DNA of 38,590 bases, taken from the NCBI GenBank assembly GCA_025201805.1, contig MU619327.1, positions 94,932-133,521 of the forward strand, written 5' to 3'. Both the position numbers and the translations under genes were made by a program. The stretch is from Parasitella parasitica NRRL 2501. Lineage: Eukaryota; Fungi; Mucoromycota. Shown here one piece after another: positions 22,918 to 34,205 of this stretch; the stretch's first letter is position 1; every line of letters begins with the position of its first letter. The notes below the pieces were generated by a model. The model made no database searches and was not told the origin of the DNA. It saw nothing but the letters and a program-made list of their open reading frames with translations.

Positions 22918-25900
22918 TTACATGGTTGGCCTGAATTTAATACTAACACGCAATTCACCACTGCCAGGAGGGAAGAGCGGGAGCCATTGTTTAAATGCAT
23001 CTCCTCCAGCTACATCTAATTTAATCAAATCCCAAATGTTGACTCTGCTTTGTCCCAGATCGACTGCGGCCTTGATCTTGTTGTAGTCTTTTACCTTGAA
23101 ATCGAATACGAATGGTTCTCCACCAACTCCATGTGTGAACGACTCATTCCATTCAGGTGCCAATGTCTTGTGGATTACTTTTGTCTTGAAGATCTGGTTT
23201 TTGCCCACATTGACTCGAACAAAAGGGTCGCTTGTGCCACTCTTATCAACGCCTCGTAATCCACGAGCTTCTAGAATGTCAATCGAGACTACTCCAGCTC
23301 TTCCCGTGGCATTGCTAAGGACGCTAGTGTCAGCGATTGTAGAAGGCGCAAGCGATGCATTGTCATCAAAGCTAATACGGGATTGATCTTCGTACGACGA
23401 TCGGCCGACTGAGTCTGCAGTACCATGACTCTGACGACTGTCTGTTGATGTACGGGCCATGCTATGAGAGCTGAGTGAATTGCGAGGAAGAGGTCCAGAA
23501 GCCTCGAGGTTGACGTCGTTGTGAAGATAGGTACGAGTTGTTCCAAGAACTGATGTTTGGGTCTTCTTGTTTACTAGCAACTGAGGATGCCAAGTGAATT
23601 TAACTTGAACACTACCAGATACGCCTGCTACACCATCGAGAGGGATATCAACCATGCGAGCCTTAAAACTTTCAACTGCATCACCACGCAGTGTGATGCC
23701 ACCTGAACCGATCGGCTGATGTCCTTTCACTTGATTCCAATCAAACACCTCAATTCGAATGCTGGCTGTTACTCTCGATTGCTACATATACACGGTCAAC
23801 TTAGTTTAAGAGCAATGACCCCTTTATCGGCATAAATCACTTACAATAGGTACAGTGAAGCGTTCTCGTTTCCACTCAGGGTTCAGCGTCTTTCGAATAG
23901 TATCACTCTTGTGAACTCTTTCGCCGTTCACAGTAAATATAACATAAGGGTCGCTGGTGCCAGCCTTGTCTGCAGCCATAAGGTTTTTAGCGCTGACAAG
24001 ATCTACAGTCAGAATGCCTTGATCTGAGAAACCATACATGGTTAATACTAGGCTAATCTCTCCTGGGATATGCGAATACTTACTGTCCAAACTTTCGTCA
24101 GGATTCAATGTAAAATTTGCCATAGGGCTATACTCGAAGCTGAGGCGAATTCTAGCAGGGCCATCAGTGCCCATCAGATTGAACCATGTACCTTCATTAT
24201 CAATGCTATCTAATCCAAGTCTCTTGCGTTTCATGATTCGACGAACAATGTTTGATCCGGAGTCAATCCAGTGACCCAGCTTATGAATATCCTTTTCATC
24301 AGAATGGGCAGGCTTGAGTTCAATTGCAACGCGAGAAAAGTCGACTTCCTTGATAAACATATCAGCATACTCGTCAAACATGAGATTATCGCCGCGAACT
24401 TTAGCTGTTTTGTACTGCGGCATTAAGGCGTCTACAATAACTTGGCAGTAGCAGTAAGCAGTGCTAGAAAGTTGGACTTCGTGGATTCTAATCTTGAGGA
24501 TACCAGAATTGTACGAGTTCAAGTCGATTAAATCATCAGGCGTATAACGAATATTAGAGCCATGCAAGCCTTGAAGAGGAGGAGGAGGAGAAGTCATCAA
24601 GGCAGAACCTTCATTAACCCCAGATGAAACTGTAGAGACATTGGATATAGTGTTTACGTCCGCATTGGGTGCAGAAGAAGGCAGGGTCATGACAGGATAA
24701 AATTCAGCAGAAAAGTGAAGGTCACCTTTGGAAACACGTTTATCAAAAGAGCGAAGTCTCTGCCATCTATAAACAAGACGCTATTGTTATCCTCGTGTGT
24801 ATGTATTTACCAGTTGAATTACTTACTTATCGTATTTGACACCGTTTGATTCGTACCAAACATCAGGATTCACGCTTTGGTCTCCAATCTGCTGCTTCAT
24901 GATTTCTGACACCTTGAACTCGGTTGAACCGAGCGTCTTGTCTCTGGTCTTTGCGTTCCAATCCATAGCTTCCAAAACGAAGTTTTCTTTTAATGAATGT
25001 ACAGGCACGTACAAGGTTTCTCCCCACTCCGGATTCAAGTTGTTGTCAATGACTTCAGTGCGAGCACGTATTTGATGACCAGACAATACTCGTACATAGG
25101 GGTCGCTCTTCCCACCTGTGACATTTTCAACATTACGAAGGTCGCGAGCCTCCCAGAACGTAAATCGAACGACGCCAATTGGAGGTTCTATATGAGGGCT
25201 GTAAGTATACTGTATATACCCAGAACAAAATCAAACACTCACTGTCGAATCCATTTCTGCTAATGAAATCAGAAGTGCTAGACATAATCAGAGGTTTCCA
25301 TTCAGCACTAAGACGCAACTGACCGGCTTGCTCGCCTTCATTGACTAAATCCCACCAGCTATCATTCTTTCCCTGCTGGCGAACCATGTCAGGCAGATAG
25401 GAAGTAAAGGCGCCCAGAAGCTTATCCTTGGAGGCACTGTCTCTAACTTCGGCACGTATAAAGAAAGTTGTTTTATCCAAAACAACAATCTCGTAAGGCT
25501 CCTCAAACTTGGGGTCTGTTTTCTTTTTCATCGCAACTGATTTGTACTTTTCGACACCATTGACGATAATTCGAATATAGGGACTAATGGTGCTGGTATT
25601 CGATACTAGTTCACGACATTCATGTATCATCAAACGAAGTACACCCGAGTCTACGCGTCCATTTGCATTAGAAGCTGGAATAGAGCCTGCTTAAAAAATC
25701 TAGACTGTATACTTACTTGATTCAACAGCTGGCTCAATTGTTCCATCATCGCGTTTCATAGGTTTGGAAATTGGAATGTAACGAATGTCTGCTCGAAGAT
25801 CGCTCACATGTTTACCATTGCGTAAAAGGAGCAGGTTTCTTTGGCAATATTAGTAAAAGTAGGTAGAATTCTTGTATAGTGTCGTTTACTTACAGCCCCT

Positions 25901-27736
25901 CTTGCTCTGTTTGAGTTTCACCATCTAGTTGTGATAGATCAAAGTTGGCAGTACCCAAACGTCTATCTTTGAGGCCAGGTCTCGATGTTTTCAGTTCCAT
26001 GGATAATAAAGCATTCAAATTGTTCAGTTTCAAGTATCTTGTTTCGTTCCATTTGGGATTAAAGGTATTTTCACAAACAGAAGTGCGGTCTAATTCCTGG
26101 CTATGATCCAAGTAGAAGCGAATATATGGGTTTGGAGCACCTTGAACGACTTGTTCAATATTTTTGATTCGATCTGTCGAATAAACAGTGACAGCCAATA
26201 CGCCATTTGCAGCGCTCAAATCGAAATCACCAACAAAGAACTTGTCAACATCGACAGAGAAAACATTTGGAGCGTACATCAAGGGGCCCAAGATGTTATG
26301 GACTTGATCCCGAATGAAACTGGCTAGCCCAGGAATAACATTCACATCAAATCCGAATGAGTCAGAGCCCAAAGGTTTAAGAACATAGTCAAATTGGGGC
26401 TTTTCCAAGAAACTAGCTTCAAGTAATTTGACAAATGGGAAACGGCTCATAAATTTGATTTTCACGCGTAAATGTCCTGCAAAAGCCATATCTTCAATCA
26501 AGACAGGAAATCCAGCGCCAACTCGGCCTTTGCCAACACGGACATTCATCACTACCTTGGGGTTTACCTTATAATCCAATTCTTTTGGCGAAAGGTCGTT
26601 CAATTCATTAGGAATAAACGAAACCCTCCAATCCATGCAAACAGTATCGGAATCGGTGTTTAAATATGTTTTGACAGATTCTATGCGGAATGGCTTTGTA
26701 CCAAGTGTAAAGGTAGATAAACGAATGGAGTCCAAAAATGGCGGCAAGTAATCAGAAATATAGTTATCAAGGTTTTCGACTATGAGAGCACTGAGAACGG
26801 GTTCAAAAATCAGCCAGAATTTCTGCATGAAACTGTTCATCCATTCTACAGATTCTTCGTCAGCTTCCATTTTGAATTTCGATATTTCTCTTTGAATGTC
26901 ATCACGTGCATTGCGACGATATCTTCTTAAACTTGTTCGATAATAACTTGCTACACGTGTGTAAAAAATGTAATGGTGAGCATTAAATTCTAGTTATTTT
27001 TTTTTTTTTTTTTTTTTTTACCAATTATTAAGCAAAGCAATAATATACTTCCCAATCCAGCATTCATTTTTGCGAGCATAAAAGATACAAAAGCTGTTAC
27101 AAATAATGCAGCTCCGTTATGATACCATTCACCGTATAAAGCATTGGGCATAATTTCATCCAAAGGGTCATTTAAAGGCTTTCTAAAGCGAGAAGCCAGA
27201 ATATCTAGTTCACCACCAGGATTTGCGCTTGGAGCAAATGATGTCCAGCCTGTGTGATACCACTCTGGTATTCGAGATGTCGTTGGGGGAATAAAACCGC
27301 CAGGCATTCCAACTGATAGAGTGGTCGTAACAGGTATAGTTTTTTGTGCAGCTGCAGTAACAGTTTCTTGGGTCAAGGCTGAGTCGTGTGTATTTAGTTC
27401 AGTAGATAATCCTCGAGCAGGTGCAAGGCCATGCAAATCGGGAACAAAATCCGCTATCTCTCCAGCTCTTTGCTTACGATGCGTGAGTTCGTTTAGAGGT
27501 CTAGTTGGCATCGTTAAAGCTGGTGATGTAGGAATCATAGACTCATTTGTATTCTTAGTAGTTGGAAGAGCAATTGGTGTAGCAGGTTGCTCAACAAGTC
27601 CAGGTGGAGGAGCAGGATTTTCTTCAATAAGATAGTCGTGTTTCTTTCTTGGCGGTGCAGACGGTGCAGCCGTTGTTTGTCTTGAGTAAGAAGACGACAT
27701 CAGAAGCGACGAGTCTGTAGGTTCTTTTGAGTCCAT
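22918..27736 (-). CDS. TCB: Tricalbin / extended synaptotagmin (TM hairpin, SMP domain, multiple C2 domains); 8 exons
   Basis: YGEWYHN + hydrophobic hairpin, YRRNARDDIQRE, SMP start ESVEWMNSFMQKFWLIFEPVLS, C2 motifs GKSDPYV, DKAGTSDPYV, DKSGTSDPFV; seven GT-AG introns give a continuous frame. Confidence 0.93.
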
Positions 27737-28453
27737 ATTTTATACAAGAAAATAGGAAATACAGAAAGAAGAAAAACTAAAACGCTGTTGTGTCTCATGT
27801 GTTTGTTTTTGGTGGAGTTTCATTATCACAATGACTGCAGACAAAAATGAACCTCACGCACGCACAGGAAGGGGTGATTGTTTTGCGATTTCCTTCTTGA
27901 ACCAATTTGTTGTCCTCTTCTCCAAATACAACAATTTTTGCAGCAGCTGAATCAAAACTAGGATATGGTCCAGATTCCATAAATATAAAGAAACTAATCA
28001 AAAGATATTCATCTAGTTTTCATATATTTTAATAATGTAAATGTGTAGCATAAATGTACCTTATAACTCAGAAATACATTTTATGCATTATATTTTAAAT
28101 CATCCGCCAGCAAAAGCTATATAGCAACCTATCGAAAATGTTCTATAAGTATAATTGTCATGACATGCCTATTTCAACAACACTTTTTTCCAATAAGTAA
28201 AGTTCGGGTAAATATACAAGCTCTACTTGATATATATAAGTATGATGGTTGAGGTGACATCATTTAATGGTAATTCGAATGTGTAATTCAAAGACTGTTG
28301 AGCATGACTACAATAATGCATTGACAGGCTACAGATGACCAAGCCATTGAAAACCCCATCGAAGTAGGCATATCGCATCATCCCGTTAATTTTTAACAAG
28401 ATGTATTACTAAGATTTGTATACAGAAAAGAATACAGGAATATTGAACTGATA

Positions 28454-28692
28454 CCAGATTTTGCATTCAAAAAGATGAAAATCAATACCTTTGAGAAAGA
28501 AGAAAAAATGATGACGGTGATGTAAATCTAAGTACTGGTATAAACAAAGGTTTGCCAAATGCTGAATTTCGCATCCAAAAAGATGAAAATGAAGCATTTT
28601 TTAAAAGAAGAAGTTTTGATTAATGATGATGATAATTTTATTAATTTCAGTAAACCTCTTCTTCTGTTAAACATTTAGGGAAAAAACTTATT
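28454..28692. repeat. Two tandem degenerate end fragments of the 30516-31888 transposon family
   Basis: 28454-~28550 is TIR plus left-subterminal-like sequence; 28562-28692 is a diverged inverted copy of ~31765-31888 including the transposase's last codons. Confidence 0.8.
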
Positions 28693-28816
28693 TACACATT
28701 GAAAAATTATAGCAGATCCAGCAAATGACAATCACTATTTTTGTAGCTTCGCACTATCATTTTATGTTACATCTGTTGAGTTAAGTCAGCATATTCAATA
28801 TCAAGGAAAGAATATA

Positions 28817-28875
28817 CAGTTAAGACTCGCTATAACGGACGGGTTGGTGTACGAAAATGTGTTTGGTATAGCAAG
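28817..28875 (+). mobile_element. Degenerate pogo/Tigger-type transposon end
   Basis: TA|CAGTTAAGACTCGCTATAACGGAC followed by a decayed inverted copy GTTTGGTATAGCAAG; no convincing partner end found. Confidence 0.45.
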
Positions 28876-30515
28876 TTATTCCCTTTTTAAAATTAGATAC
28901 TCTACAGTACAGTGCCTGGAACCTGGAACCTGGAATTTACCAGAAGCTAATTATGAAGCTTAACTTTTGTTAGTAATGTAACCCTCAACCTCAATCCTAA
29001 CCTCTATTATATTTTCTGTTTTACATGTTTAGCATTAGAATTACAAAAAAAGGGGCTCTTGAACTGACATTAGGCATTATTTTAAGTAACAATGGTAATA
29101 GGGCTTCTCTGTCACTAGCAATTAGCGACTTATGAATTATTCACAAATCACAAGAGGACATTACAGCAAAAAATCGCATTCATTAATTATCTTCTCCTGC
29201 TTCCAACTCGATAAGCCATACCTATTTTATCATATTACTATGAAGAAAAGTATACTTGTGGTATCAAAAAACTTACTTTATAGGGCTGTGTCAAGTACTA
29301 GAATTAATATTAACGTGATATCCTCTCCAGACACATGTTTTTTACTGCTTACAAGCAAAAACTTTAGCTTTGTGAGCCATATTTTGATTAATTTTCATAA
29401 TCAAAAGTGCCCTGGAAACACAAAAAATAGTGTCCATTGGTAAAAAAACTATATTATATATGATTTTGGTGCAATTTGAGCATGATTTTTTTTTCGATGC
29501 AAAATCACGGATTTTTTCGATTTTTTCCTTGTATCCACACATCCAAAATCATCGATTATGCAATATCCTCGATTTTGGCCTCAAAAATGCAACTTTTTAT
29601 TATAGCATATATTGGAGGAAAATGATCGTAAAAGACCATTCCATGATCTGAAAGACTGGCAATGCGCTTTGATTAAGCAAAATGTTGATTTTTTCCTCTT
29701 AATCTGTTTTTGAGGTTTTTCAGCAGAACTCCTCCCATAAGCATACGGGGATTATGAAAATAACACTATCGTGTAGAGCGCCCAAGAATACAGCTATTAT
29801 CATAGACTGACAGTCGTGGTATGCATAGTGCCAGAGGATGATATTTTGCCTTAAAAAAGTAATTTTGTTTTCGAATTGTCCAAATAGAGTTTCTGAAAGA
29901 ATTTTTCCTTCCTGATTTTGGACGCGTTTAATCTCCGCTATCAACAAAAAATGGTGTTTTTTTTGACTAAAGCATTAGCTTTGAGAAGCCATAGCTTACC
30001 AAATTCAATAGAAAAACAATTGTAAACTAATTTTTTAAAATGGTATGCCTCTTGGCTTTCTAATGGCAGCACTTGCATGTCTGTACTTAGCCTGACGATC
30101 TCACGCTCCGATTTTGAAAAACACTTTTCCAGAAAAGTCGCTACCTTCATCTGATGTCAACTTTAAAAGTACTAAAACTTGCTCTAAGCTATGCAAATGT
30201 GTAATCAAAAGGCGCCTTATAGTCTAATGCATTACTTTTGGATTACTCAGTTTTGTGTCTGAAATCGTAAAACATTGTTTCCTTACAGTTTTTGTCTTTT
30301 TTCTGACAATAACACACTGACAACAAAAAAAAAAAAAAATCAGGTGCCTACGCTGGCTTTACGAAGACACTCACTTTTGAACCATTCCAATATTATGGAA
30401 AAGATGGCACAGTTTTGACTAGCTATTCTACTGTACAAATGGATATTGAGAACCCAACTTACTACTTGACTGACAAGACCTTCTACACTAGAAGACGCCA
30501 CATCAACTAAAGGTG

Positions 30516-31888
30516 CAGGATTTCGCATTCAAAAAATGAAGATGAATAGTTTTTGATGGAAGTCATCTTTGAAATAGAAGAAATTCTAAACTAAAAATGA
30601 CAATGGTGATGTAAACGGTACCTAATCGATTAGTATAAAGAAAGAGTTTTTTTTTTGCTGAGTACTGGTAGTAGTAGCCTGCATTTTTTCTTTCCTCATT
30701 TACGATACGTACTACCGTTATTCAAATGTCGACTAATAATGACAACTCTGCTACTTCTTCCTCAAAAAAGCAAAGAACAAGAAGAAACACTCGTATTAGT
30801 GGCCATGTAAAGAAGCTTATCATTGAAAAGTATCTTGATGAAGACTTGTCCATTGCTAAAATTGCGAAACTTTTCAATTTGTCTTGTTCCACAGTTAATC
30901 ATATCGTCGATCGATATATGGAAAGAGGAACTGTAAAAGACAAGTCGCGAGGAGGACGAGTTCAATCGCTCGTAAAACTCACCGAAGAGCACACCAATTT
31001 CATTATCCACCTACTGGACAATGACCCTCAGCTTACGTTAGATAGTATCAGAGACGAACTCTTCAAGAATTTTCCTAATCTTGCTGACAAGGGATTATCC
31101 ACTCAGCAAATTCACAAGCATATTCTTCAAAAGGTTGGTTTTACGCTCAAGAAAACAAAACCTGTAGAAGAAAAAAGAAATTCTCCACAAGTAATTAAAA
31201 GTGGAAGGGATTTCGTAGAGAATTTGCAGCAACTTGGCATCTCATACAAAGCAAATTGTATCTTTGTCGATGAGGCAAACTTCAATGCCAACCTGATTCG
31301 AGGAAAAGGATTGTCAAAGAAAGGAGAAAATGCTGTTGTAAGGACCAAGTCAAAAAGAGCAATCAATATTTCTGTTCTGGCTGGAATTTCTTACAATGGT
31401 ATCGAAGATGTATCCGTGGAGCAAGTTCCTGGAGGCACTATCGCTGAGATCTTTATTGATTTTATCAATCAAATCATTGCAAACATTGACAGAGACAATG
31501 CTCCTCCATATTATTTCATTATGGATAATGCTGGAAGTCACACGGCTCCCAAGATAAGGAAGTATATTGAGAGTACTCGCCATCATGTTCATTTTTTGCC
31601 TGCCTATAGTCCATTCCTCAATCCAATTGAGGAGTGCTTTTCTAAGCTAAAAGGACTCGTTAAAAGAAAGCCTTGGCTCACAACAGCAGAGCTGGTAAAA
31701 TACATTAGGGAATGCAGTCAAAAAATAGCTCAAGAAAACTGCCATGGTTGGGTTAAACATAGCATAAGTTTTTTCCCTAAATGTTAAACAAAAGAAGAGA
31801 TTTACTGAAATTGATAAAATCATCATCATTAGTCAAGATTTTCTTTTCAAAAATTATTGATTTTCATCTTTTTGAATGCGAAATCAGG
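30516..31888 (+). mobile_element. Second Tc1-like element with ~34-bp TIRs (left TIR degenerate)
   Basis: Right end TATTGATTTTCATCTTTTTGAATGCGAAATCAGG|TA; left end TG|CAGGATTTCGCATTCAAAAAATGAAGATGAATA. Confidence 0.8.
30726..31787 (+). CDS. Tc1-like DD34E transposase (353 aa)
   Basis: HTH (LSIAKIAKLFNLSCSTVNHIV), RGG linker, IFVDE, IMDNAGSH, YSPFLNPIEE with 34-residue spacing. Confidence 0.93.
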   Translation: MSTNNDNSATSSSKKQRTRRNTRISGHVKKLIIEKYLDEDLSIAKIAKLFNLSCSTVNHIVDRYMERGTVKDKSRGGRVQSLVKLTEEHTNFIIHLLDNDPQLTLDSIRDELFKNFPNLADKGLSTQQIHKHILQKVGFTLKKTKPVEEKRNSPQVIKSGRDFVENLQQLGISYKANCIFVDEANFNANLIRGKGLSKKGENAVVRTKSKRAINISVLAGISYNGIEDVSVEQVPGGTIAEIFIDFINQIIANIDRDNAPPYYFIMDNAGSHTAPKIRKYIESTRHHVHFLPAYSPFLNPIEECFSKLKGLVKRKPWLTTAELVKYIRECSQKIAQENCHGWVKHSISFFPKC

Positions 31889-32162
31889 TACATCATATAT
31901 AAAAGCAGGTCTCACTTTCAATTCACATACTTCAGATACATAATCGTATATGAACATCAGGATCGACTAGAAGAAAGCTTGATAAATCACTTATTGAAGA
32001 ATTTTTGATAGAGATTAAGCGTATCAAAGAGGACACTTCACAATCTGACATTTAATCAGAAACCGGCATTGTATAAAAAGAGATCTTATCTCAAGGACAA
32101 GATTACATTTTCTTCCTCTTGTATTACTACTTCTTTATCTTCAGACAAAAAAATAAAACAAA

Positions 32163-33260
32163 ATGGCTCCTACTGCTCTTACCACACCCCCTAGCTTCTC
32201 ACATATTAAGATGGTCGCCTCTGATCTTGATGGTACTCTGATTGTAGGGAAAAACTTCAATGGGTAAATTTCATTACAGTTTCAAATTTGATTCCAATCT
32301 GTCAAAAGAACAAAAAAAAAAAAAAATTAATCTATTTAATCTATCCGCAGTGGTAAAATGACCGAACGTACTGTCAATGCTCTCCAAATGTTAGAAAATA
32401 GAGGCATTCCTATAGCTATGGCATCTGGCCGTCCACCCAGATCTATGGTGCCCTTAGTCAATCAAGCTGGTCTCAAACACCCTTACATTATCAGTTGCAA
32501 TGGTGGTATTGTACTTGATAGTGTCACCAAAGAAGTTATTCGCAAATACTCCATTGACACTGAGGCTGTCCGTGAGTTGATTAAGGAAGTCAAAGCACAT
32601 TTTGGACCTGATGATATCTTAATTGGTGGCGAGAGTAGCACTAGCTTCCGTTGTGAGGAAGCATATGCACAAAAACGCTGGGATTGGGTTGGTAAAGTTT
32701 ACAACCGTATCGGTGATCTTCATTATTTGGCTGATGAAAACAATTCTATTGAGAAACTCATGATTTTGCATCGTGAGTGGCCTGCTGATGAGCTGTTTTA
32801 TTATCTTCAAAAGAATGTGTTGACTGATCCCAAATGGAAGAGTATGATTCATTACACCTTCTCCAGTCCTTATTTTGTCGAGGTTTCTGCTGTTGGTGTA
32901 TGTAAAGCAACTGCTCTCAAGGATTTAGTTGGCAAGCTCAATGTCAAGCCTTCTGAACTAATTGCTTTTGGTGATATGCCCAACGACTGTGAGATGCTTG
33001 AATTTGCTGGTTGGTATACGTCAAATGAAGGGATGATATGTGCATTGACATTTGCTTAGGTACTGGTGTTGCTATGGGCAATGGTCATCAGAGCGTCAAA
33101 GATGTAGCAGGTACTTATATATATATAAGTTGCAATTCAATCATATAAGCGTTTATTAAATGGTAATCATTTATTAGACTTGATTACTGCTGATAACGAT
33201 AAAGACGGTGTTGCCATTGTTTTAGAACAAGTTAATGAGCAGCTTTTTCAAGTTATTTAA
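32163..33260 (+). CDS. Cof-type HAD subfamily IIB hydrolase; 4 exons (first intron 32264-32350)
   Basis: MVASDLDGTL, ASGR, ISCNGG, EV...GVCKATAL, AFGDMPNDCEML, GVAMGN, NDKDGVA. Confidence 0.92.
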
Positions 33261-33551
33261 TTATAATTGCATTTAGATCCTATAGAACTTGAACATTCTC
33301 TTCATTTTTTGTTTCACATAAAAACGTCCTTGAAGAATAAAAAATTATCATTCACCAAACATAATCTCTCTTGTAAGCTGACTGAAATGTCATCATCTCA
33401 TATAAATGCTTTCTTTTTTCTTTCATTCTTGTAATCAAATGACATGACCAAACCACAAAGTTGAATATGAAATGTTAACAATGAGAATGGAGTTGTTTCG
33501 TCAATATCATTAAATAAAAGAAAATATGCCTCTGCTTTTCCTTCGTCTTAA

Positions 33552-33553
<2 letters not shown>

Positions 33554-33615
<62 letters not shown>
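33554..33615 (+). repeat. Poly(T) tract, 62 nt
   Basis: Uninterrupted T run. Confidence 0.9.
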
Positions 33616-33618
<3 letters not shown>

Positions 33619-34205
33619 GGTACCATTACTGCATCAGCGTTTTTCTACCAAATCAGAAGTCTGAAAAGTTTAAAAAAGCCTATTTAATGATAGATCGTAG
33701 CTAAATCACTAATATTTTAACAGAAACTCGAACATTTAACAAATGTTTTACATTTTCTGGTATCACCAGCCTTAGATCACCCTCTTGATTGAACGCACAA
33801 TCAACAAAAAAGTTCATGCGAAAGACAATCGTCTACTTTCCACAAGTGATGCTGGGATGCGATGTATCCAATACTTTTAACATTAGATGTTCCCAGGTAT
33901 ATACTCATACTTTTCCAACTTTTGGGCATCGGGATGCTTTATACTGTATCGAGATGGCATCAAGCAAAGTTTAAGACCTTCTTTCAACACATCAATCATT
34001 TTCAAAACAAGCTTTTGCAAATAAAAACAGAGTCTAATATTCACAAATCAAACAATTAATTTAGTGCGCCGTTTCCACACACAGTGCCGTTATCCAACTT
34101 GGAACTGCGTGAATTACAAAAAAAACAAAGTACAATCTCGAATTACTTTTAATTGTATTAAAAAATATGCTGTTTTCTTAATGAAAAGCTAGTACTTTCA
34201 AACAT

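Noticed and set aside
28979-29006. Telomere-like AACCCT/AACCT repeats
   Set aside because: Only about four degenerate units.
29132-30150. Several 60-100 aa ORFs
   Set aside because: AT-rich, no motifs or coding-like composition; likely chance ORFs in repeat debris.
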